Below, one piece after another: positions 48,938 through 57,713 of a stretch of DNA of 64,000 nucleotides (positions are counted from its first letter, which is position 1; each line of letters opens with the position of its first letter). This DNA is from Alphaproteobacteria bacterium (GTDB lineage Bacteria; Pseudomonadota; Alphaproteobacteria; RF32; CAG-239), in the NCBI GenBank assembly GCA_045597005.1, contig JAZODJ010000009.1:6348-70347 (forward strand). The letters are read 5' to 3'. A program made the position numbers and the translations under genes. A model generated the notes under the pieces. The model saw only the letters and a program-made list of their open reading frames with translations. It was not told the DNA's origin and ran no database searches.

Positions 48938-48969
48938 ATCAATCTCCTTAATCAAAAACTGTCCCTATA

Positions 48970-48985
48970 TTAACACAATTTTAAC
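48970..48985. promoter_or_regulatory. Consensus CtrA-binding box
   Basis: TTAA-cacaatt-TTAAC (TTAA-N7-TTAAC), about 33 bp upstream of ATG 48937; ctrA present in window. Confidence 0.5.
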
Positions 48986-49082
48986 CTTTTTGCAAGCCCC
49001 TTAATATTCCGCAACTATCCTATTGACTCTCCTGTTTTATTGTATTAAATTCAAAGGCAAATTTTATAAAAAAGGTTTTTAT

Positions 49083-49130
49083 ATGTACGATTTTTGCATC
49101 ATATCAATCATTTCTCGAATTATCCCCTAG
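49083..49130 (+). promoter_or_regulatory. Ile-rich leader peptide / putative ileS attenuator (MYDFCIISIISRIIP)
   Basis: 6 of 15 codons are Ile, in three doublets; stop in loop of atcccc/ggggat hairpin; atatgtac (49081-88) complementary to gtacatat (49147-54); 76 nt before ileS. Confidence 0.7.
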
Positions 49131-49206
49131 GGGGATTTGGTTTGTTGTACATATCAATTTAGTTTTTTGCTTAAATCAATCAATTTAACATTTTAGGATA
49201 TAAAAA

Positions 49207-52200
49207 ATGGCTCATTATGCAGATGTAAAGGCAAAGCCTGACTTTGTCGCACTGGAAAAAGAAGTATTAAAATTTTGGGAAGAAAATAAAACATTTGAAA
49301 AATCGGTTCAAAACCGTGATGGCGCAGCTGAGTTTGTATTTTATGACGGCCCTCCGTTTGCTAACGGTACGCCACACTACGGACATATTATGGTATCATA
49401 TGTCAAAGACGTTGTCGCTCGTTTTCAAACTATGAACGGCAAAAAGGTTGAACGCCGTTTGGGGTGGGACTGTCACGGACTTCCTGCCGAAATGTCTGCT
49501 GAAAAACAGCTCGGTGTTTCCGGCCGCAAACAAATTGAGGAATATGGTATCGAAAAGTTCAACAACTTTTGTCGTTCCGATGTTTTGAAATATTCTAATA
49601 TTTGGGTTGATACATTTAAGCGCATTGGCCGTTGGGTTGATTTTAATCACGATTACAAGACTATGGACTTATCGTTTATGGAAAGCGTGATTAACAACTT
49701 CAAACAACTTTGGGATAAAGGTCTGGTTTATGAGGACTATCGTGTATTACCATATTCTTGGGCAGCTGAAACACCGCTTTCAAACTTTGAAGTAAACCAA
49801 GGGTATCAAGATAAAACCGACAATGCAATAACCGTTTTATTCAAACTTGAAAACGGAATGAAAATACTTGTCTGGACAACTACTCCGTGGACATTGCCGT
49901 CAAACCTTATGCTTGCCGTAGGTAACGATATTGACTATGTAGTTATGGAAGAGGACGGACAAAAATACATTCTTGGTCGCGCATTACTCGGACGCTACAA
50001 AAAACAGCTTGAAAATGCTGTCGAAGTAGGTTCAATGAAAGGTTCTGAACTTGTTGGTATGAGTTATGAGCCAATGTTTCCATACTTTAAACACTTGAAG
50101 GAAAAAGGCTGTTTCAAAGTATTATCAGGCGAATTTGTCTCAACCGAAGATGGTACCGGTGTTGTACATATTGCCCCCGGTTTCGGTCAAGACGACTTTG
50201 ATGTCTGCCGTGCTTGCAATCCTAATTTTCCGGTTGTTTGTCCTGTTGACGAAGCCGGTAAATTTACTTCAGAAGTTAAAGATTACGAAGGCAAACAGGT
50301 TTTTGAGACCAACGAACCGATTATGCAATGGCTCAAAGAAAATGGTTTATTGGTTAAAAAAGAACAATATACTCACTCTTATCCGTTCTGTTGGCGTACC
50401 GATACCCCGCTTATTTACAAAGCAATGTCATCTTGGTTTGTCCGTGTAACCGATTTCAGAGATGATATGGTTAAAAACAATCAAGAAATAAATTGGGTTC
50501 CGGATCATATCAAAGACGGCCGTTTTGGCAAATGGCTGGAAGGCGCACGTGATTGGTCAATTTCCCGCAATCGTTTTTGGGGTACTCCAATTCCGGTATG
50601 GAAATCTGACAATCCGGCATTCCCTAGAGTAGATGTATTTGGCTCTGTGGTTGAAATTAAGGAAAAAACCGGTTTTGATGTAGTTGACTTGCACAAACCT
50701 TATATTGACGATGTGGTATACCCCAATCCGGATGACCCGTCAGGCAAAACAATGATGCGCCGTGTCGGTGATGTATTTGACTGTTGGTTCGAATCCGGTT
50801 CAATGCCGTATGCTCAAGTACATTATCCGTTTGAAAACAAAGAATGGTTTGAAAATCATTTTCCGGCAGATTTTATTGTTGAAGCTATGGACCAAACTCG
50901 CGGTTGGTTTTATACATTAACCGTGTTGTCAACAGCACTTCACAATCGTCCGGCGTTCAAAAATTGTATTTGTACCGGTTTGTTGATGGCCGAAGGCGGT
51001 CAAAAGCTATCCAAACGCCTCAAAAACTATCCTGATCCTAACGAAGTTTTAGATACCATAGGTTCTGATGCTTTGCGTTGGTTCTTGGTGTCATCGCCGG
51101 TATTAAAAGGCGGTAACTTAGCCGTAGACAAAGAAGGCAAAGAGATTGCCAAAGCTGCTCGCGAGGCTTTAATTCCGTTGTGGAATGCTTTTTACTTCTT
51201 TACACTTTATGCCAATGCCGAAAACTATCAAGCCAAAGAGGTATATTCTTCAACCGAGGCTATGGACAACTATATCTTGTCAAAACTCAAAAAGTTGTCG
51301 GAAATAGTCCAAAAAGGCATTAATACTTATGATGTTGCGGTTGCTTGCAACGAAATATCAGGTTTTATTGAGGTATTAAACAACTGGTATATTCGCCGCA
51401 CACGTGATCGTTTCTGGGAAGGTGACACAAAAGCATTTGATGTTCTTTATACCGTGCTTGTCAATTTAAGCAAAGTTGCCGCACCATTATTGCCGTTTGT
51501 TTCTGAATATATATTCAAAACATTAACCGGCAAAGAATCCGTACATCTGGAAGACTATCCAAATCTTTCGGCAATCCAATTTGATGCTTCATTGGTTGAT
51601 GATATGGATTTCTTGCAAGATTTATGTTCTGCCGGCAAATTTATTCGTGAAGAAAAGAACTTGCGTAATCGTTTGCCATTGAGTTCATTAACTGTTGTCG
51701 GTCATGAATTACCAACCGCATATAGCGAAATTATCAAAGATGAATTAAACGTCAAAGAAGTCAAGTTTGACAACAATCTGAGTGCTTATGCCGACAAAAA
51801 GATTTATCTTTACACACCATTGTTAGGCAAAGCCTTAGGTAAAGATATGGGAGCAGTAATGGCAGCTTACAAACAAGGGCAATGGGAACTCAATAATGAT
51901 GGCACATTGTCAATCGGTGGACAAAAACTTACGACAGATTTGTTTGAAGTTCGTCTTGATATGAAAGAAGGTGTTGCCGGTCGTGCCTTTGCCGAAAACA
52001 AAGCTTTGGTAACATTAGATACTGTTGTTACCGATGAACTGAAACGTGAGGGAATGGCTCGTGACTTTGTCCGTCTTGTCCAAACATTACGTAAAGATAA
52101 AGACTTTAACGTTTCAGACAGAATAGAGCTTTATTATTCGACATCGGATGCTGAACTTGCCAAAGCACTAAGCGAAAACGAGGCCTACATAGCTGAACAG

Positions 52201-52293
52201 GTTTTGGCTGTAAAAGTGGATAATACGTGTTCCGGTGGCGTAAATGCTGATATTGAAGGTGCCGATATCCGTTATGATGCCAAAGTAGCTTAA
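49207..52293 (+). CDS. ileS: Isoleucyl-tRNA synthetase, type 2 (archaeal/eukaryotic-like)
   Basis: DGPPFANGTPHYGH, WTTTPWTLPSN, RDWSISRNRFWG, DQTRGWF, KLSKRLKNYPDP, long C-terminal extension. Confidence 0.96.
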   Translation: MAHYADVKAKPDFVALEKEVLKFWEENKTFEKSVQNRDGAAEFVFYDGPPFANGTPHYGHIMVSYVKDVVARFQTMNGKKVERRLGWDCHGLPAEMSAEKQLGVSGRKQIEEYGIEKFNNFCRSDVLKYSNIWVDTFKRIGRWVDFNHDYKTMDLSFMESVINNFKQLWDKGLVYEDYRVLPYSWAAETPLSNFEVNQGYQDKTDNAITVLFKLENGMKILVWTTTPWTLPSNLMLAVGNDIDYVVMEEDGQKYILGRALLGRYKKQLENAVEVGSMKGSELVGMSYEPMFPYFKHLKEKGCFKVLSGEFVSTEDGTGVVHIAPGFGQDDFDVCRACNPNFPVVCPVDEAGKFTSEVKDYEGKQVFETNEPIMQWLKENGLLVKKEQYTHSYPFCWRTDTPLIYKAMSSWFVRVTDFRDDMVKNNQEINWVPDHIKDGRFGKWLEGARDWSISRNRFWGTPIPVWKSDNPAFPRVDVFGSVVEIKEKTGFDVVDLHKPYIDDVVYPNPDDPSGKTMMRRVGDVFDCWFESGSMPYAQVHYPFENKEWFENHFPADFIVEAMDQTRGWFYTLTVLSTALHNRPAFKNCICTGLLMAEGGQKLSKRLKNYPDPNEVLDTIGSDALRWFLVSSPVLKGGNLAVDKEGKEIAKAAREALIPLWNAFYFFTLYANAENYQAKEVYSSTEAMDNYILSKLKKLSEIVQKGINTYDVAVACNEISGFIEVLNNWYIRRTRDRFWEGDTKAFDVLYTVLVNLSKVAAPLLPFVSEYIFKTLTGKESVHLEDYPNLSAIQFDASLVDDMDFLQDLCSAGKFIREEKNLRNRLPLSSLTVVGHELPTAYSEIIKDELNVKEVKFDNNLSAYADKKIYLYTPLLGKALGKDMGAVMAAYKQGQWELNNDGTLSIGGQKLTTDLFEVRLDMKEGVAGRAFAENKALVTLDTVVTDELKREGMARDFVRLVQTLRKDKDFNVSDRIELYYSTSDAELAKALSENEAYIAEQVLAVKVDNTCSGGVNADIEGADIRYDAKVA

Positions 52294-52298
52294 AAGAC

Positions 52299-52330
52299 AA
52301 AGCCCCGTCATTAAAAACGGGGCTTTCTTA
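52299..52330 (+). terminator. Terminator of ileS
   Basis: aaagccccgt/acggggcttt. Confidence 0.8.
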
Positions 52331-52428
52331 TTATCCAAAAATTAACCATATTTATGCTACAATCCGGCTTAAATGCAGGGAATATACACATTTTAAAGAA
52401 AAAGTACAAAATTTTGACAAAAAACCTC

Positions 52429-52457
52429 TTGCAACAAGTCCAAAAATAGTGTATTAT
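52429..52457 (+). promoter_or_regulatory. Sigma70-type promoter of giant ORF
   Basis: TTGCAA-17 nt-TATTAT. Confidence 0.55.
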
Positions 52458-52499
52458 CTCCCTAACTGCGAATTTAAACCTTATATAGGAGACTGGATA

Positions 52500-55400
52500 A
52501 TGGCAACTAAATGGGATGCTTTATGGGATGATGAAGATTGGTGGAAAAAGCAATCAAGAACAGCATTATACGTAATATACAGAGATATTCAAAACGAAGA
52601 AGATAAGCTCAAATTCCGTAACAAGATGATGCTATCTTCTGTTGATGCAGATAAAAGCATATGGACAGCATACGATTTATTGTCATTTGTCCAGGTTGCG
52701 GAGGAAGCTGGTTTTCAATACACTACGGATGTAGACGAAACAAAAGATATTCGTCGTGAAGACATTGAAGCACTGGCTGTGACAAGATTACAAGCACTTG
52801 AAAAAAATAGTGAAAAAAATCTTTCTTACTATCTTCGAGCTAAGGCATTAAAGGAAGTAATCTCAAAAACTACTTCGTCTGACGATAATGATAGAGATAT
52901 TCTCAAAACTTCGATTTATACTGATACCAAAAAGATTGAAGAACAATTACCCCAAACGGAACCAGATATTGAACAAGCCACAGAATTTCGCGCCGCCGAT
53001 GATTCCGGAGCATTAGACGGTGTTTCTGACGAAATAAAGCAAGCTTTTATTAGAAAAATTGAGCAAACTTTTGGTTGGAATTTAATAAATGCTGAGCAAG
53101 TAAAAGCTAATGACGCACACTTAAATAGCAATATTGATTTAAGTGTGGAAATAAATGATGACGCCGGAAATAAAATTACTAACCAGATTTATTGCGGGTG
53201 TGATAATATTCCGTTACCGTTCAGCTATCCGGAAGGTTTCTCAGATGAGAAGAAGCAACAATTTGCCTATATGTACAAAAACCAGTTGTTAGCTAACGCA
53301 GCGCAGCGTGCAACAATGGAGCTTATGAAGAATCCAAAACTTATTAGTGAAGCTCAAACAAAAGAAGAATTAGTAACTAAATTTGCAGATGTTGTTAAGC
53401 AAAAATATCAGCATAGTGTCGTTATGGCAGCTTTGTTTTCCAATGAAGATTTAGGCAAAAAAATACAATTTAATAAATCGATGCAACTTGTTGCTGACGA
53501 TACAACAGATGATGATATTCAAAACATTCTTTCTAAACTAGAAAACGATGAAATAAAATTAGATTCCGACGCTATTGCTATGGATACCACTGCGTTGAAA
53601 TGGGAAATTGAAAACGCTGAGCGTATTATGAAGACCAAGCATATAGATGTAGATGCTCTTCCTTTCTGGAAAAAAGCAACAGGAGCTGTTAATAATTGGT
53701 TTAATCATATAACCAAGCGTGGCGGTTGGAAAAATCTTAGTGTCAATGTGTTAGCCAACGGTGGTGCATATATAGGGGCAACCATACTTATCGGCAAAGG
53801 TGCGGCGGCTGTTGTTGCGGCAGGAGTATCAACTCCGGCAGTTGCCTTATTGGCAGGAGGTTATGCTCTTTATGCTGGTTGGTCTTATGTCAGTGCCAAA
53901 AAGATGCCTGCTATTAATAAGCTGATTAGTGAAGCCAATCAGCAACAATTGGGTTTCAAAGATACAATAAAACATATTCGGAAAAATTATTCTCGTGCTA
54001 AAAAAGAGATACAAGCAGAAGCAGAGTTTAAATCTCGTTCTAATTTTCGTGTCGGAGAAGGAGTTATCGGTGGTGCAGCTACGACAGCTGGGGCTTTTGC
54101 TGGCAATCCGTTGATAAGAATTATAACTTCTTCTGCAGCTAAAACTGTCTTGTTGGGCAAGAGTATTTTTAATCGCAATCAAAGTAAAGAAAATTTACAA
54201 AAAAATGTTAATAAATCTAATTTAAACGCATTTAAAACTGCAGAAAATTATGTAACTCAAGATAAAGTGTCTTTAGGGGCGATTATTGCCGGAACAGCGA
54301 TTGCTCGAGGAGTTTTTGGTGATGCCACCCCCTCTAGTGACACAATAGGACAAGAACAGCAAGTAAACGTAGAAGCAGAAGGATTCCAACCGGATAGCTT
54401 AAGAAGCCAACTGGATAGCTTAGGAGGAAAAGGAACTCCACTGGATAGGTTAAGAGCTCAACTGGATAGCTTAGGAGGAGAAGGAACTTCACTGGATAGC
54501 TTAAGAGCTCAACTGGATAGCCTAGGAGGACAAGAACAACCGGATAGCTTAGGAGTAGCAGTGCAACAAACAGACGGAATGCCTGTCGACAATTCTGCAG
54601 TAGACGGAGGTAATCCTGTCGCAGAAGGAGGTAATCCAGCAAAATTTACACCTCACACGGATGAAAAAACAGGTATGACTGTTTGGCAAGAGGCTAAGAC
54701 CAAAGGTGGTGTAACTGAAACTTATTTACAAGATGCCAAAGGTAATAATTTTGTCAGATACGAAGGTCTTAATACAAACCACGTCGTTTCAGAAGCTTCA
54801 TATGCCAAATTGATTGACACAATCAATTCAAAGGGGAATACCAACTTCGTAATGGAAGACGGTTCAAAATATACATTCCAAGAAGCTGTTGAAATGATGC
54901 GTGAAAAGCTCAATGCTAATCCGGACAGGCTTCCTGAAGGAATAGGTACTAACCGAGCCATTTATTTAGCCATGATGCGCGCTCGTTATACCGGTAAGCT
55001 TGATATTATAAATGATATCAAATGTAATGATAATGAGTTAACAGCGTTGGTCGCAGAATCCCAAAAGTATGCTACCAATCCAGGACACATTGGCCGTTTA
55101 ATTACAGAACGTCCTTTACCAACACGTGTCGGACCTGCTTCAGCGATTACAGATCCATGCGTTCCGGTAAACAATCTGGGAGTGAACGAAGCTCCGGATG
55201 CCGAAATTCTTTCAGCTGAAAATGATGTTAATAAATCAAATATCACAACAGAAAAAGTTGATATGGCAGCTCCTTATACCGAAGTCAAAACAACTTTTGA
55301 TGGTAATAAAGGTGATTATCCTGTAAATCAAGAATCTGTTAACGGTGAGTACGAAAAAACATTCAAAAAAGATGGATCTGTCTGGATAGATGATAAAGAT

Positions 55401-56399
55401 GGCATAACTACAACAACAGGTCTGGAAAGTAATAATCGAGAAGTTCATTATCATGCGCCTGTTGATGCAACTCCGATTATCAACAATTTGCCGAATGTTC
55501 CGACATCCACCGAAACAGTAGATGGTGTAACAACTATGACTTATGCCTTCCAATCAGGAAAAACAGTTCAGGTTGTGTTAGATCCTCTCAAAGAAGGTGC
55601 CGAAGCACGAACAGGACATTTCTTGATTGACGGAAAAGAATATATTATTGATGCCAACTCAAGTAAAGCACTGGGTGAAAAGATAAGCGCACCTTTAGAT
55701 GGCGGACTTCAATACCGGATGGTTGACGGAACCGAGCAAGATGTTTCGCAACATCTTACAGATAATGTGAAAGACCTTAACAAAGGTATCGACAAGTTAA
55801 ACGAACATATTGAAAGCATCGCCAACAAACAAAAAGGAGCAATTGCCGGTCAAGATATTTCTGTTGAAGAGTATAATGCAGGATATACTGAAACTGGTAC
55901 CGAAAATGTTACATTAACACCGGAACAAACTGCCGAAATTAGGTCAAAAGGTGAATTTGTTTGTACCGGTATAAAAGACGGCAAAGCAATAATGACTGTA
56001 ACAGGTGTTGAGGGTGTTGATAGAATATCTGTTGTCGCACCGACACACGTCAATATGGCAGGTGCTTCGGATGCTGTGGTTGATATCAAAGACAAGGTCT
56101 ATACTGCAACTATAACTACTCAAGGAGGACAAAATTTAGTTGTTTCAATTGATGACAACATAGATCCTAGTACCAATTTGCCTAAAGGAACAAGCATTAC
56201 CTATGACGGAAAACCGGTTGTCCTTGACAGCAAAACAGCAACCGATGTTGAGAAATCTGTGGAAAATGCTTTTGCAGCCAACAACGTAAACGTTGATGTC
56301 AAAGCTCATACTCCGTTTACGGATAAAATTGTTAAAGCTTGTGAAGGATTTACCCAAAAGGTTGCTGCAGCAGCTAAAAGCCAAGTTGTAGAGAAGTAG
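52500..56399 (+). CDS. Giant orphan protein (~1300 aa) with central hydrophobic helices and internal repeats
   Basis: ATG 52500 behind aggag (ORF-track GTG 52449 overlaps the -10); no recognisable family. Confidence 0.8.
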   Translation: MATKWDALWDDEDWWKKQSRTALYVIYRDIQNEEDKLKFRNKMMLSSVDADKSIWTAYDLLSFVQVAEEAGFQYTTDVDETKDIRREDIEALAVTRLQALEKNSEKNLSYYLRAKALKEVISKTTSSDDNDRDILKTSIYTDTKKIEEQLPQTEPDIEQATEFRAADDSGALDGVSDEIKQAFIRKIEQTFGWNLINAEQVKANDAHLNSNIDLSVEINDDAGNKITNQIYCGCDNIPLPFSYPEGFSDEKKQQFAYMYKNQLLANAAQRATMELMKNPKLISEAQTKEELVTKFADVVKQKYQHSVVMAALFSNEDLGKKIQFNKSMQLVADDTTDDDIQNILSKLENDEIKLDSDAIAMDTTALKWEIENAERIMKTKHIDVDALPFWKKATGAVNNWFNHITKRGGWKNLSVNVLANGGAYIGATILIGKGAAAVVAAGVSTPAVALLAGGYALYAGWSYVSAKKMPAINKLISEANQQQLGFKDTIKHIRKNYSRAKKEIQAEAEFKSRSNFRVGEGVIGGAATTAGAFAGNPLIRIITSSAAKTVLLGKSIFNRNQSKENLQKNVNKSNLNAFKTAENYVTQDKVSLGAIIAGTAIARGVFGDATPSSDTIGQEQQVNVEAEGFQPDSLRSQLDSLGGKGTPLDRLRAQLDSLGGEGTSLDSLRAQLDSLGGQEQPDSLGVAVQQTDGMPVDNSAVDGGNPVAEGGNPAKFTPHTDEKTGMTVWQEAKTKGGVTETYLQDAKGNNFVRYEGLNTNHVVSEASYAKLIDTINSKGNTNFVMEDGSKYTFQEAVEMMREKLNANPDRLPEGIGTNRAIYLAMMRARYTGKLDIINDIKCNDNELTALVAESQKYATNPGHIGRLITERPLPTRVGPASAITDPCVPVNNLGVNEAPDAEILSAENDVNKSNITTEKVDMAAPYTEVKTTFDGNKGDYPVNQESVNGEYEKTFKKDGSVWIDDKDGITTTTGLESNNREVHYHAPVDATPIINNLPNVPTSTETVDGVTTMTYAFQSGKTVQVVLDPLKEGAEARTGHFLIDGKEYIIDANSSKALGEKISAPLDGGLQYRMVDGTEQDVSQHLTDNVKDLNKGIDKLNEHIESIANKQKGAIAGQDISVEEYNAGYTETGTENVTLTPEQTAEIRSKGEFVCTGIKDGKAIMTVTGVEGVDRISVVAPTHVNMAGASDAVVDIKDKVYTATITTQGGQNLVVSIDDNIDPSTNLPKGTSITYDGKPVVLDSKTATDVEKSVENAFAANNVNVDVKAHTPFTDKIVKACEGFTQKVAAAAKSQVVEK
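54390..54554 (+). repeat. In-frame ~51-bp tandem repeat (xDSLRAQLDSLGGxGT, three copies plus partial)
   Basis: ctggatagcttaagagctcaactggatagcttaggagga repeated with few substitutions. Confidence 0.9.
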
Positions 56400-56415
56400 T
56401 AATATTCTCTAAAAT

Positions 56416-56449
56416 AAAATCCCCTGTTTTTGATAAAACAGGGGATTTT
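56416..56449. terminator. Bidirectional terminator
   Basis: aaaatcccctgtttt/aaaacaggggatttt 15-bp stem. Confidence 0.8.
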
Positions 56450-56464
56450 GTTACATCATTTTTT

Positions 56465-56911
56465 TTATTGTTTTACAGCTTGAGCATTTGCTTTTCTGGC
56501 ATTATACATTGCCATAAAATCAATCGGGTTTAACATCAGCGGAGGCAATCCTGCATTGCTCATTGTATTAGCAACAATTTGGCGAGCAAAAGGATAAATC
56601 ATATGCGGAATTTCCATCATCAACACCGGTTCACGATGTTCTTCCGGAATATTCAATGATACAACAGCCGCATACGAAAGTTCTAAAATAAATGCTTTTT
56701 CTTCCTCAACATCACCATTAACCGCAACATTAAGCATAACATTAAAAGTTTTTTCTTCTTCCAGTTTTTCTACCTCAACATTAACCTCAACATTAACCTT
56801 CGGATTTGTCCCTTGCAATTTCTTAAAAATTGCCGGAGCATGAGGTATTTCCATAGATAAATCTTTAATGTATTGATTTTGAATTAAAATAGCCGGTTGT
56901 TTTTGTTCCAT
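56465..56911 (-). CDS. secB: Protein export chaperone SecB
   Basis: QYIKDLSMEIPHAP, EIPHMIYPFARQI, PPLMLNPIDF. Confidence 0.92.
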   Translation of the reverse strand: MEQKQPAILIQNQYIKDLSMEIPHAPAIFKKLQGTNPKVNVEVNVEVEKLEEEKTFNVMLNVAVNGDVEEEKAFILELSYAAVVSLNIPEEHREPVLMMEIPHMIYPFARQIVANTMSNAGLPPLMLNPIDFMAMYNARKANAQAVKQ

Positions 56912-57047
56912 AAATCATTCTCCTAAATTCAAATAACTAATTAACTACATACAACCAAAATTTGTTTAGGTCAAATGATAATAAACAGTTGATAAAAGTT
57001 TCCGACGCAGTTATATTGTAAAAGTCAGAGTAGGAGATTAAAAACAA

Positions 57048-57713
57048 ATGATGAGTTTAGATATTATCGTTCTTTTAGTTGTTGTTGTGCTTATATTCCA
57101 ACGCCTGTGGCGTACACTTGGCTCTCGTCCGGAGGTCGAACCCAAAAAGGTTAAACTCAGTCGTGAAGGAGCCGAAAAATTATATAATCTTCTTCGTTCC
57201 GAAGCCGAAAAAGAATTCAAAGAAGCTGCTCGCAATGCCGAAGAGCTTGTCCCTGTCGATTCTAAACCGTTAAACGAAATAGATTCCGTTTTGCTTAATA
57301 TTCCCAATTTCAAAAAAGACACATTCTTAAATGGTGCCAAAAAAGCTTTTCAGGTTATTACCGAAGCATTCAACAAAGCAGACAGCGAAACATTAAAAAT
57401 GCTTGTCAGTCCGACTATTTTTAAAAAGATGCAAGCTGTAATAAAACAACGCAAAGAGGACGAGGTTTCTGCCGAAACGGATTTTATCTGTTTTGACAAA
57501 GCCGATATAATCAAAGCCAAGATTGACGATAAAAACAAAGCTTATATCAGTGTTGAATTTGTTAGTGAACAGGTTAATGTTCTTCGCGACAAAGACAATC
57601 AAATTATTGAAGGTGATGAAAACTACATCCAAACAATTACCGATGTTTGGACTTTTGAAAAATCGCTTGATACAAAAACACTCAACTGGGTATTGGTTTC
57701 GACTAAAAAATAA
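57048..57713 (+). CDS. Tim44/TimA family adaptor protein
   Basis: L..TLGSR, FLNGAKKAFQVI..AF, V.FVSEQ, ITDVWTFEK...NWVLVST. Confidence 0.88.
   Translation: MMSLDIIVLLVVVVLIFQRLWRTLGSRPEVEPKKVKLSREGAEKLYNLLRSEAEKEFKEAARNAEELVPVDSKPLNEIDSVLLNIPNFKKDTFLNGAKKAFQVITEAFNKADSETLKMLVSPTIFKKMQAVIKQRKEDEVSAETDFICFDKADIIKAKIDDKNKAYISVEFVSEQVNVLRDKDNQIIEGDENYIQTITDVWTFEKSLDTKTLNWVLVSTKK

Noticed and set aside
54390-54554. Repeats as a possible CRISPR array
   Set aside because: In-frame coding repeats without unique spacers; no cas genes
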